64,000 nt of DNA, from positions 34,148 to 98,147 of the forward strand of contig CAYMYO010000002.1 in NCBI GenBank assembly GCA_964394685.1. The letters are read 5' to 3'. A program made the position numbers and the translations under genes. Source of the DNA: an uncultured Gammaproteobacteria bacterium. Its GTDB lineage: Bacteria > Patescibacteriota > Microgenomatia > UBA10105 > UBA927. Shown here piece after piece: positions 56,643 to 64,000 of this stretch. Position 1 is the first letter of the stretch. The number at the start of each line of letters is the position of its first letter. Under the pieces are notes generated by a model that ran no database searches, was not told where the DNA came from, and saw only the letters and a program-made list of their open reading frames with translations.

Positions 56643-57509
56643 ATGGATGATATTCATGAAGTAACCCAAGTGAAGTCCCTCATTGATAAAGCAAAAGATA
56701 TCCTCATTGTCACACACATGAACCCCACCTATGACAGTATAGGAAGTGCGCTTTCTCTCTATCTAGGATTGAAGGGGATCGGAAAAACCGTAACCATTGC
56801 CTGTGCGACACCAATGATAGTTGAATACTCAAGTTTTGTTGGAGCAAACAAGCTGCAAACAACAATTGCCAAAAAGAATTTTGTCATATCGCTTGACTAT
56901 GAAGACGGATCGATTGAAAAAGTCAGTTATAACATTGAAGGAAAGAAGTTTAACCTCATCATTGAACCCAGACCCGGGTTTGCCGAATTTTCTCAGGATA
57001 AGGTCATGTATAGCCATGCCGGAACTGCGGTGGACACCATCATCACTGTCGATACGAAGCATTTAGGAGGACTGGGGAAGGTCTATGAAGAAGATAAAGA
57101 ACTCTTTGCAACCCATCCGATTATAAATATTGATAGTCACGAAGATAATGCAAAATACGGAACAGTAAATATTGTCGGAAATTCCGGAACAACAGCGGAA
57201 CTCGTTGCGAGATTTCTTACAGCACTAGGAATTGTCCTCACAGAGGATATTGCAACAAATATTCTTCATGCACTCTATAAAACAACAAATTCATTCCAAA
57301 ACCACATCACAGCGCAAACATTTGAAGTAGCTGGCCTTTGTGTAAAAGCAGGAGGAAAGCAAATAGTTCCCCACCAACCAGTTCCCGAGCCCGTTCCTCC
57401 CGTATCACAACCCCAAGAACCGATAGCTCCGGTCGCACAGCCCAAAACTCAGAATCCCCCGGAAGACTGGTTAAAACCAAAGATCTTCAAAAGTTCAAAT
57501 TTGCTTTAA
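56643..57509 (+). CDS. DHH-family phosphoesterase (NrnA-like oligoribonuclease/pAp phosphatase)
   Basis: ILIVTHMNPTYDSIGSALSL (DHH motif I/II), HSAG..., GGG... motifs; Pro-rich C-terminal tail. Confidence 0.6.
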   Translation: MDDIHEVTQVKSLIDKAKDILIVTHMNPTYDSIGSALSLYLGLKGIGKTVTIACATPMIVEYSSFVGANKLQTTIAKKNFVISLDYEDGSIEKVSYNIEGKKFNLIIEPRPGFAEFSQDKVMYSHAGTAVDTIITVDTKHLGGLGKVYEEDKELFATHPIINIDSHEDNAKYGTVNIVGNSGTTAELVARFLTALGIVLTEDIATNILHALYKTTNSFQNHITAQTFEVAGLCVKAGGKQIVPHQPVPEPVPPVSQPQEPIAPVAQPKTQNPPEDWLKPKIFKSSNLL

Positions 57510-57617
57510 CTATGGTAGCAAAATTAGAGGTTAATAAAAAAGGTGGATTGGAAGCCGGACAATCGCGCGTCGTTGGTAATCTTAAAATTACGGGAGCGTA
57601 ATAATATTTCTTCCTTG

Positions 57618-57680
57618 TAATTTACCTCTATTTAGTGTAAAATAGCCACATTGGAGCGTAGAAAGCTGCTCCATTTTTAT
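57618..57680 (+). promoter_or_regulatory. candidate promoter (TTGTAA-17 bp-TAAAAT) and leader hairpin plus U-tract upstream of rpsO (possible S15 autoregulatory or attenuator structure)
   Basis: TTGTAA-tttacctctatttagtg-TAAAAT, then TGGAGCgtagaaagctGCTCCAtttttatt. Confidence 0.4.
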
Positions 57681-57689
57681 TAAATAGTT

Positions 57690-58133
57690 ATGCCAAAAAC
57701 AATCAAAAAGACAGTTAAGAAAGCTGAAAAAGTTGAGAAAAAAGCGGTAAAAGCCGTCAAAAAAGAAGAGAAAAAGGCTGTTAAAAAAACCACGCCTACG
57801 CACGAGCCAGCCTCGCCGGCAGGCAGGGCTACGGCGGGCAAGGCAAAAAAAGTGACAGAACCGATTCCAGTTCCGGGTGTTGAGAAAGCACAGATTATTG
57901 AACAATATCAGGTAAAACCCGGAGATACAGGGAGTCCGGAAGTACAGATTGCACTCTTAACAAGCAGAATTGAGAAATTAGCACTTCACCTGAAAACAAA
58001 CAACAAAGATAATCATTCCAGACGGGGACTGTTGGGAATCATCAGCAAACGCCGAAGACTGTTAAACTATCTTGAAAATAAAGAAAAACCCCGGTATAAA
58101 GAAATAGCAAAAAAGTTGGGGTTAACAAAGTAA
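57690..58133 (+). CDS. rpsO: 30S ribosomal protein S15 with a ~60-aa Lys/Ala-rich N-terminal extension
   Basis: C-terminal [26 protein letters not shown]...[20 protein letters not shown] is canonical S15; the N-terminus has KKAVK repeats and the in-frame type B palindrome (SPAGR). Confidence 0.8.
   Translation: MPKTIKKTVKKAEKVEKKAVKAVKKEEKKAVKKTTPTHEPASPAGRATAGKAKKVTEPIPVPGVEKAQIIEQYQVKPGDTGSPEVQIALLTSRIEKLALHLKTNNKDNHSRRGLLGIISKRRRLLNYLENKEKPRYKEIAKKLGLTK
57811..57827. repeat. GC-rich palindrome type B inside the rpsO N-terminal extension
   Basis: cctcgccggcaggcagg translated as SPAGR. Confidence 0.5.
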
Positions 58134-58291
58134 TTTTATCCTCCGCATACTTGCGGTTGGAGAAGATCATTGGAAGTGTGATGTCTTGAATTTTTGATAC
58201 GTTCGACGGCGCCAAGCGCCGCTCAGTATCAAGAACTCGAGTTGTCTCACTTCCCATAACTTCTTCCCCTCAGGTAGGCGAGAAATATCAT

Positions 58292-60466
58292 ATGAAACTA
58301 ACACAAAAATCCGTTGAAATCGGAAATTCAGTTATAACGCTTGAAGTAGGCAGATTTGCCGAACAGGCAAGTGCCGCAGTGGTAGCCCGCAGTGGCGACA
58401 CCATGGTACTGGCAGCTGTCACAGCCTCCAGCCGCGAAACAACACTTGATTATTTTCCACTTTCCGTTGAATACGTCGAACGGCTCTATGCAGGCGGTCG
58501 CATTAAAGGATCCCGTTGGGTAAAACGGGAAGGGCGACCAACAGATGACGCAGTACTAGCCGGTCGCGTCATTGACCGGTCTATTCGTCCTTTGTTTCCA
58601 AAAACATATAAACACGATGTGCAGGTGATTATCACCACGCTCTCTGTTGACGGAGAAAATGATCCGGATATATTGGCTCTTGTTGCAGCATCCGCTGCCA
58701 TTTCCATCTCTTCCATTCCATGGAATGGCCCAGTTGCGGCAGTCCGTGTCGGATATACCAAAGAAGAGGGGAAAGACAAAGGAGCAATTCTTATCAATCC
58801 AACCGCTCCGCAACAGGAACTCAGTGAATTTGATTTTGTTGTGTCCTCAAACGCCGAGCGCGTCATGATGCTTGAGGGAGGATTCTGCGAAACACCGGAA
58901 GACGTGGTGTTTGAAGCAGTAAGCCAAGCAAAAGTAGCCAACAAAAAGATCATTGATTGCATCAATGAGTTGGTCAAAGAAGTCGGGAAAGAAAAGGTCG
59001 TTGTTGAAGAAAAACCAACAACTGAAGAACTTGAAAAGAAACTTGCGAAAGATTTCAAAAAAGAACTTGATGTTCAGTTTAAAAAACAAACAGAAAAAGA
59101 AGGCGGCGATACGGGGTTGTCGGATCTTGCCAAGGCAATAGCGGAAAAGTATGAGCAAGAACACACCACTCCGGACATCATGGTAGCTATTGATCATATG
59201 TTCAAAAACCGCATCCGGGAAGATGTACTTCTTCACGCCAAACGCGTTGACGGACGAAAAATTGATGAAGTACGGGAACTTTCTATGGATGTAAGCCTGT
59301 TACCACGAACCCACGGAAGCGCAATGTTCAAACGAGGGCAAACACAAGTTCTCACTGTTGCGACCCTTGGATCACCTGACATGGCGCAGCTTATCGAAAG
59401 CCCGACAGGAGAAGAATCAAGACGATACATTCACCACTACAGCATGCCTCCATATTCAGTCGGGGAAACCGGACGTGTGGGAACACCAAGTAGACGCGAA
59501 ATCGGTCACGGAGCTCTTGCCGAACGGGCACTCATCTCCGTTATCCCTGATGAAACAGAATTTCCCTACACCATCAGGCTTGTATCTGAAATTATGTCAT
59601 CCAACGGGTCTACATCCATGGCATCAACCTGCGGATCAACCTTAGCGCTTATGGATGCAGGAGTTCCAATCAAAGAACCGGTAGCAGGAATTTCCGTCGG
59701 ACTCATGACAAATCCAAAAGACAAAAAAGAATTTGTGCTGTTAACCGACATCGTTGGCGTTGAAGATTTCGGTGGAGACATGGATTTTAAAGTAGCAGGA
59801 ACAAAAAATGGCATTACGGCCATACAGCTCGACATGAAAGTTGATGGAATCAGTGATGAAATCGTCAAAGGAGCACTGGATCGGGCAAAAGTAGCTCGCG
59901 CCATGATTCTTGAGAAAATGCATGTACTGATCGCTTCCTCACGACCAGCTCTTTCCCAATATGCACCAAAGGTGCAGATGGTGAAAATTCCGGTTGAACG
60001 CATTGGAGAAATCATCGGTCCCGGTGGAAAAATAATCCGACAAATTCAAACAATCACCGGAGCAGTGGTTGATGTGAAAGATGACGGATCAGTATTTATT
60101 AGTTCTGTTAAACAAGAAGCAGTGGATAAGGCAGTTGCTTGGATAGAGGGAATTACCCATGAAGTGAAAGCGGGGGAAGAATATGAGGGAGAAGTGAAAC
60201 GCATGATGGCATTTGGTGCATTTGTTGAGATACTTCCCGGAAAAGAAGGACTCGTGCATGTGTCGCAAATGTCAACCGGATTTGTACAAAATCCCGCAGA
60301 TGTTGTAGCACTTGGTCAAAAAGTAAAAGTACGGGTCATTGAAATTGATGATCAGGGACGGGTAAATCTTTCGATGTTGTTTGGCGATGATGCCGCTAAG
60401 GCACCACCACGGGAACATACGGATCGCCCACGACGGCCATTTAACCGCGGCCCAAGACGATATTAA
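58292..60466 (+). CDS. pnp: polyribonucleotide nucleotidyltransferase (PNPase)
   Basis: Two RNase PH domains, KH (IGPGGKIIRQI) and S1 domains; C-terminal Arg-rich tail. Confidence 0.9.
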   Translation: MKLTQKSVEIGNSVITLEVGRFAEQASAAVVARSGDTMVLAAVTASSRETTLDYFPLSVEYVERLYAGGRIKGSRWVKREGRPTDDAVLAGRVIDRSIRPLFPKTYKHDVQVIITTLSVDGENDPDILALVAASAAISISSIPWNGPVAAVRVGYTKEEGKDKGAILINPTAPQQELSEFDFVVSSNAERVMMLEGGFCETPEDVVFEAVSQAKVANKKIIDCINELVKEVGKEKVVVEEKPTTEELEKKLAKDFKKELDVQFKKQTEKEGGDTGLSDLAKAIAEKYEQEHTTPDIMVAIDHMFKNRIREDVLLHAKRVDGRKIDEVRELSMDVSLLPRTHGSAMFKRGQTQVLTVATLGSPDMAQLIESPTGEESRRYIHHYSMPPYSVGETGRVGTPSRREIGHGALAERALISVIPDETEFPYTIRLVSEIMSSNGSTSMASTCGSTLALMDAGVPIKEPVAGISVGLMTNPKDKKEFVLLTDIVGVEDFGGDMDFKVAGTKNGITAIQLDMKVDGISDEIVKGALDRAKVARAMILEKMHVLIASSRPALSQYAPKVQMVKIPVERIGEIIGPGGKIIRQIQTITGAVVDVKDDGSVFISSVKQEAVDKAVAWIEGITHEVKAGEEYEGEVKRMMAFGAFVEILPGKEGLVHVSQMSTGFVQNPADVVALGQKVKVRVIEIDDQGRVNLSMLFGDDAAKAPPREHTDRPRRPFNRGPRRY

Positions 60467-60471
60467 TCAGT

Positions 60472-61539
60472 TTGTGTTCATGCTATTATAGAGGTATGTC
60501 TTTCCTGTCTGATCGATTGTCTACGTTACGAAAAAATCTAACTGATAAGCATATTCCACCAGAGCTCGATTTGCGGGTGAAAAGCTACTTTGAAGAAATT
60601 GAACGGTTGCAACAGGACATTGCAGCTCAGGTGCATATTGAACAACTTTTTGACTACATTGACTGGATTGTGAATCTTCCATGGAACGAGCGGACGCAAG
60701 ATGCAATCGATTTGACCAAAGCAAAAGAAATGCTTGATCATAATCATTTCGGTATGCAATCAGTGAAAGACAAGATTTTGGAATATTTAGCAGTATTAAA
60801 ATTAACACAAGACAAAAATATGCTTGCCCGGCGTGCCCCCATTCTTTGTCTTATTGGCTTGGTCGGGACCGGGAAAACAACCTTAGCAAAATCCATTGCC
60901 GATGCAATGGGACGAAAGTTCATCCGCGTTGCGTTCGGAGGATTATCAGACGCACTGGATTTAAGAGGTCAATCGCGGGTGCGTCCTGATGCGGAAATCG
61001 GACTCATTCTCAAAGGTCTTCGCTATGCAGGAAGCAAAAATCCGGTGATGCTTCTTGATGAAGTCGACCGCGTAGCTGAACATGCACGAGGCGATATCAT
61101 GGGAGTATTAATTGAGCTATTGGATCCGGAACAAAACCAAGCGTTTACCGATCATTATCTGGATTATCCGTTTGATCTTTCAGAAGTATTGTTTGTCGCA
61201 ACAGCCAACAACACCGCAAATATCTCAACAGCGGTACTGGACAGATTGGAAGTTATCCAAATGCCGTCGTATTCAGATACGGAAAAAATGACGATAGCCA
61301 AAGAGTATGTACTGCCGGAACTGTTACGCGCATCAGGGTTAACAAAAGAGAATCTGACCATTGATGATGGTATCTGGCCGAAACTCATCCGTCCTCTTGG
61401 GTACGACGCTGGAATAAGAAGCATCGAACGAACAATTAATGATGTGTGCCGTAAAGTGGCACGGATGATTGTCGAAGGAAAAGGAACAACATTCCATATT
61501 ACTGAAAGCAACATTAAAGAGTTTGTAGAAAGTTATTAA
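60472..61539 (+). CDS. Lon-type AAA+ ATPase module only (no N-terminal LON domain and no protease domain)
   Basis: Closely matches the Lon central region: LPWNERTQD...LDHNHFGMQSVKDKILEYLAV, Walker A LIGLVGTGKTTLAKSIA, MLLDEVD (Walker B), ELLDPEQNQAFTDHYL, ATANN, sensor-2 GIRSIER; ends at 355 aa where Lon would continue into the S-K protease domain. Confidence 0.7.
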   Translation: MCSCYYRGMSFLSDRLSTLRKNLTDKHIPPELDLRVKSYFEEIERLQQDIAAQVHIEQLFDYIDWIVNLPWNERTQDAIDLTKAKEMLDHNHFGMQSVKDKILEYLAVLKLTQDKNMLARRAPILCLIGLVGTGKTTLAKSIADAMGRKFIRVAFGGLSDALDLRGQSRVRPDAEIGLILKGLRYAGSKNPVMLLDEVDRVAEHARGDIMGVLIELLDPEQNQAFTDHYLDYPFDLSEVLFVATANNTANISTAVLDRLEVIQMPSYSDTEKMTIAKEYVLPELLRASGLTKENLTIDDGIWPKLIRPLGYDAGIRSIERTINDVCRKVARMIVEGKGTTFHITESNIKEFVESY

Positions 61540-61548
61540 TCTCGTTTT

Positions 61549-61618
61549 TGTCATGCTGAATTCATTTCAGCATCTATCTGAAATCGGCTGGGATCCCGAA
61601 ACAAGTTCGGGATGACAA
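61549..61618. mobile_element. 70-bp twin-hairpin TIR element (family 1), copy 5, flanked by a 16-bp perfect direct repeat
   Basis: TTGTCAT-[GCTGAA-ttcat-TTCAGC]-atctatctgaaatcggctg-[GGATCCCGAA-acaag-TTCGGGAT]-GACAA; GTAGAAAGTTATTAAT at 61525-61540 and again at 61626-61641. Confidence 0.65.
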
Positions 61619-61643
61619 CGGAAAGGTAGAAAGTTATTAATGT

Positions 61644-63395
61644 ATGAAAAAATTTTTTCATTTTAAACAAAAAACACAAAAAAAAGTCTTTCAAGGCTCT
61701 TCTTTTCATGGGCAAATAACCGGCAAACAGTCAATTCGTATTGTTCCTATCGGAGGCTCCGGTAACGTGACGAAAAACATGTTTGCATATGAGCTTCGGT
61801 ATGACGGACTCGTTCGTGACATTCTTCTTGTTGACTGCGGCATCGGATTTCCTGATGCTGACATGTATGGAGTAGATCTGGTTATTCCCGATACCAGGTA
61901 TTTAATGGACAAAAAACAATATATCCGCGGACTGGTATTTACCCATGGGCACGATGATCACATAGGAGCAATTCCTTACATCTATCCAAAACTCGGGAAC
62001 ATCCCCATGTTTGCTCCTCCACTTGCTGCTGCATTTGCCAATGTAAAACTCAAAGAAGCAAAATTGCATGTGCGGGTGAAACCCATGCAATTTTCCGACA
62101 CCATTACCCTCGGACCATTCAAAATATCATTTATTAGAATGACGCATTCTGTACCTGACACATCACATCTTGTTATTGAAACGCCCATTGGTATTTTTTA
62201 CCACGGCAGTGATTTCAAATTTGATTTCGATCCGCTTGACGGGAAAAAATCAGAAATAGAGAAAATCAATGCTGTTGGGAAGCGGGGAGTTCTATGCATG
62301 CTGACCGATTGTTTGGGAAGCGAGCGGACAGGATTTACTCCGTCAGAGCAAAAAATCAGAGATGCGATTGAAAAGGAACTAGCAATGTGTCCAGGAAAAT
62401 TTCTATTCACCACGCAATCGAGCAACATTTCCCGTATCCAACTGGCTATTGATATCGCTTTAAAAAATAATAGAAAAATTGCATTTTTTGGAAGAAGTGT
62501 TAATAAGAATGTTGAAGAAGCAGTCAATCTTGGATACATGAAATTTCCCCGCGACATGATTGTGAGAGACCGCGATTTGAAAAAAATGCATCCGTCAAAA
62601 ATGTTTCTCATTGTAGCCGGTGCCCAGGGACAACCGGAATCCGCTCTTACTCGAATGGCAAATGACAATCACATGTATGTGACGATTGCCGAAGGGGATA
62701 CGGTGATGTATAGCGCAGACCCGATTCCCGGTAACGAAAACAGTATGAATACCGTTATCGATCAAATTTATCGGACTGGAGCGCGCGTTTCATATACCAA
62801 TATCACGGAAGATTTACATGTGTCCGGGCACGGAAGCCAAGGGGATCAAATGCTTCTTCTTTCCGCAGTTGGTCCGCAGTATATTTTCCCAGTCGGAGGA
62901 ACGTATCGGCATATGATGAATTACCGGACTATTGCCATGGAATGCGGATACAAAAAATCCCAGATTCTCATGCCGGAAGAAGGGGATATACTGGAGTTTA
63001 AAATTGGTCTTGCTCCTAAAATAGCTCAGCATATCACTCTTGAAAATATCATGGTTGATGGACTGGGAGTAGGGGACGTGGGAAGTGTCGTGCTACGGGA
63101 TAGGCAAACCATTGCCAATGAAGGAATCGTTGTTGTGGTTGTTCCTGTTGAAAAATCAACCGGACGGGTAACCAGTGAGCCTGATATTATTTCAAGGGGA
63201 TTTGTTTATATCAAAGAATCCGGAGAGCTTCTGGCACGAGCAAAAAAAGTGGTAAACGAATCTCTTCGGGTGAGGCATGGACATACCATGGACTGGCGCT
63301 TCATGCGCGAAATGATCGAAGATAACCTGCAAGGATTTTTGAAAAAAGAAACCGGCCGCCAACCTCTCATAGTGCCGGTCATATTGGAAGTGTAA
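61644..63395 (+). CDS. rnj: ribonuclease J (metallo-beta-lactamase/beta-CASP family)
   Basis: FTHGHDDHIGAIPY (HxHxDH), beta-CASP and C-terminal domains. Confidence 0.85.
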   Translation: MKKFFHFKQKTQKKVFQGSSFHGQITGKQSIRIVPIGGSGNVTKNMFAYELRYDGLVRDILLVDCGIGFPDADMYGVDLVIPDTRYLMDKKQYIRGLVFTHGHDDHIGAIPYIYPKLGNIPMFAPPLAAAFANVKLKEAKLHVRVKPMQFSDTITLGPFKISFIRMTHSVPDTSHLVIETPIGIFYHGSDFKFDFDPLDGKKSEIEKINAVGKRGVLCMLTDCLGSERTGFTPSEQKIRDAIEKELAMCPGKFLFTTQSSNISRIQLAIDIALKNNRKIAFFGRSVNKNVEEAVNLGYMKFPRDMIVRDRDLKKMHPSKMFLIVAGAQGQPESALTRMANDNHMYVTIAEGDTVMYSADPIPGNENSMNTVIDQIYRTGARVSYTNITEDLHVSGHGSQGDQMLLLSAVGPQYIFPVGGTYRHMMNYRTIAMECGYKKSQILMPEEGDILEFKIGLAPKIAQHITLENIMVDGLGVGDVGSVVLRDRQTIANEGIVVVVVPVEKSTGRVTSEPDIISRGFVYIKESGELLARAKKVVNESLRVRHGHTMDWRFMREMIEDNLQGFLKKETGRQPLIVPVILEV

Positions 63396-63402
63396 TTTTC
63401 GT

Positions 63403-63447
63403 TTGTCATGCTGTCCGCCAGTTGGCGGATCAGCATCTATTTTTTTC
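63403..63447 (+). terminator. composite hairpin terminator after rnj: a type A palindrome nested in the loop of a family-1 hairpin B, followed by T7
   Basis: TTGTCATGCTG-tCCGCCAGTTGGCGGa-tCAGCATC-tattttttt; the typA stop codon (63437-63439) lies in the 3' arm. Confidence 0.6.
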
Positions 63448-64000
63448 GAAGACGCATGGTAAGCGGTGTAATTTCTAATAGTTCATCTTCTTCGATAAAA
63501 TCCAAACACTGTTCCAAAGAAAACACGGTTGGCGGATCAAGTTGGATGGCAATATCGGCATTTGCTGAATGAATGTTTGTGAGTTTTTTGATTTTACAGA
63601 CATTAATATCAATATCCTCTCCTCGATTGTTCAGTCCGATAATCATTCCAGCATATACAGGAACACTTGGACCGATAAATGATTTTCCGCGTTCCTGAAC
63701 AGTTTGCAGTGCATATCCTGTTGATTTCCCTGATTCAAAAGAAACAAGAACGCCGTTTCGAAGTTTTGGAACAACAGAGGAAAGTGGAAAATATCCAATA
63801 AATCGAGTAGAAAAAATCCCGTTTCCTCTGGTTTTGGTTAATATATCACCTCTGAATCCAAGTAAATTTCTGCTTGATATTTTATAGACCATTTTTGTAC
63901 TGCCCCGAGTGTTGGTATGAGTATCAAGAAGTTCCGCTTTTCGTTTTCCAAGTTCTTCGCTGATAACGCCGATATACGCACTTCCAATTTCAATAGTAAT
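63437..64000 (-). CDS. typA: translational GTPase TypA/BipA, C-terminal part (gene continues beyond the window end)
   Basis: The reading frame stays open to position 64000 upstream of the listed M; ...ELLDTHTNTRGSTKMVYKISSRNLLGFRGDILTKTRGNGIF...ITPLTMRLRKK matches the BipA C-terminal domain. Confidence 0.75.
   Translation of the reverse strand: MTIEIGSAYIGVISEELGKRKAELLDTHTNTRGSTKMVYKISSRNLLGFRGDILTKTRGNGIFSTRFIGYFPLSSVVPKLRNGVLVSFESGKSTGYALQTVQERGKSFIGPSVPVYAGMIIGLNNRGEDIDINVCKIKKLTNIHSANADIAIQLDPPTVFSLEQCLDFIEEDELLEITPLTMRLRKK

Noticed and set aside
60472-61618. Lon-like gene truncated by insertion of the 70-bp element
   Set aside because: The 16-bp duplication flanking the element contains the gene's own last codons and stop, so the ORF ended at the same place before insertion. 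The domain loss is not caused by this element.

Overview
AT-rich, gene-dense bacterial chromosome segment. The reduced-size housekeeping proteins (short IF-2, HrcA, GrpE and MetRS), the Gram-positive-type envelope genes (LCP, two FemABX-like, MurJ, PEGA/SH3b, PilN/PilO) and the many N-terminally membrane-anchored secreted proteins are compatible with a small-genome, possibly Patescibacteria/CPR-like organism; that placement is inference. Confident conserved core: idi, tsaD, groES-groEL, hrcA-grpE-dnaK-dnaJ with a CIRCE operator, nusA-infB, nrnA-like DHH, rpsO-pnp, a Lon AAA+-only gene, rnj, typA (partial at the window end), rpsT, murJ, metG, tatD, two UvrD-family helicases (one with a C-terminal Cas4-like nuclease) and a HigB/HigA-like toxin-antitoxin pair. 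Accessory content: a glycosyltransferase/prenyltransferase envelope cluster (21.4-27.2 kb), a pilN-pilO operon continuing into large surface proteins, and a 5' block (0.5-6.5 kb) with a membrane-anchored TraG/VirD4-like ATPase and an ATP-grasp enzyme that ends at a tRNA with anticodon UAU. That tRNA is followed ~1 kb downstream by a degenerate copy of its own 3' half. The most unusual signal is at least four families of short interspersed repeats. Each occurs both in intergenic DNA and translated in-frame inside conserved genes (tsaD, both fem paralogs, lcp, rpsO, the helicase-nuclease and a PEGA protein). Family 1 is a 70-bp twin-hairpin element with 7-bp terminal inverted repeats (TTGTCAT...ATGACAA); one copy is flanked by a perfect 16-bp direct repeat. 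Family 2 is GC-rich palindromes of two types (CCGCCAGCTGGCGG, and CCTSGCCGGCAGGCRGG with S = c/g and R = a/g). Family 3 is a GTATTTT heptamer tandem array. Family 4 is a TCCCGAGCGRAGTCGAGGGA hairpin (R = a/g). Full copies of family 1 supply the start codon and/or the C-terminus and stop codon of adjacent genes.
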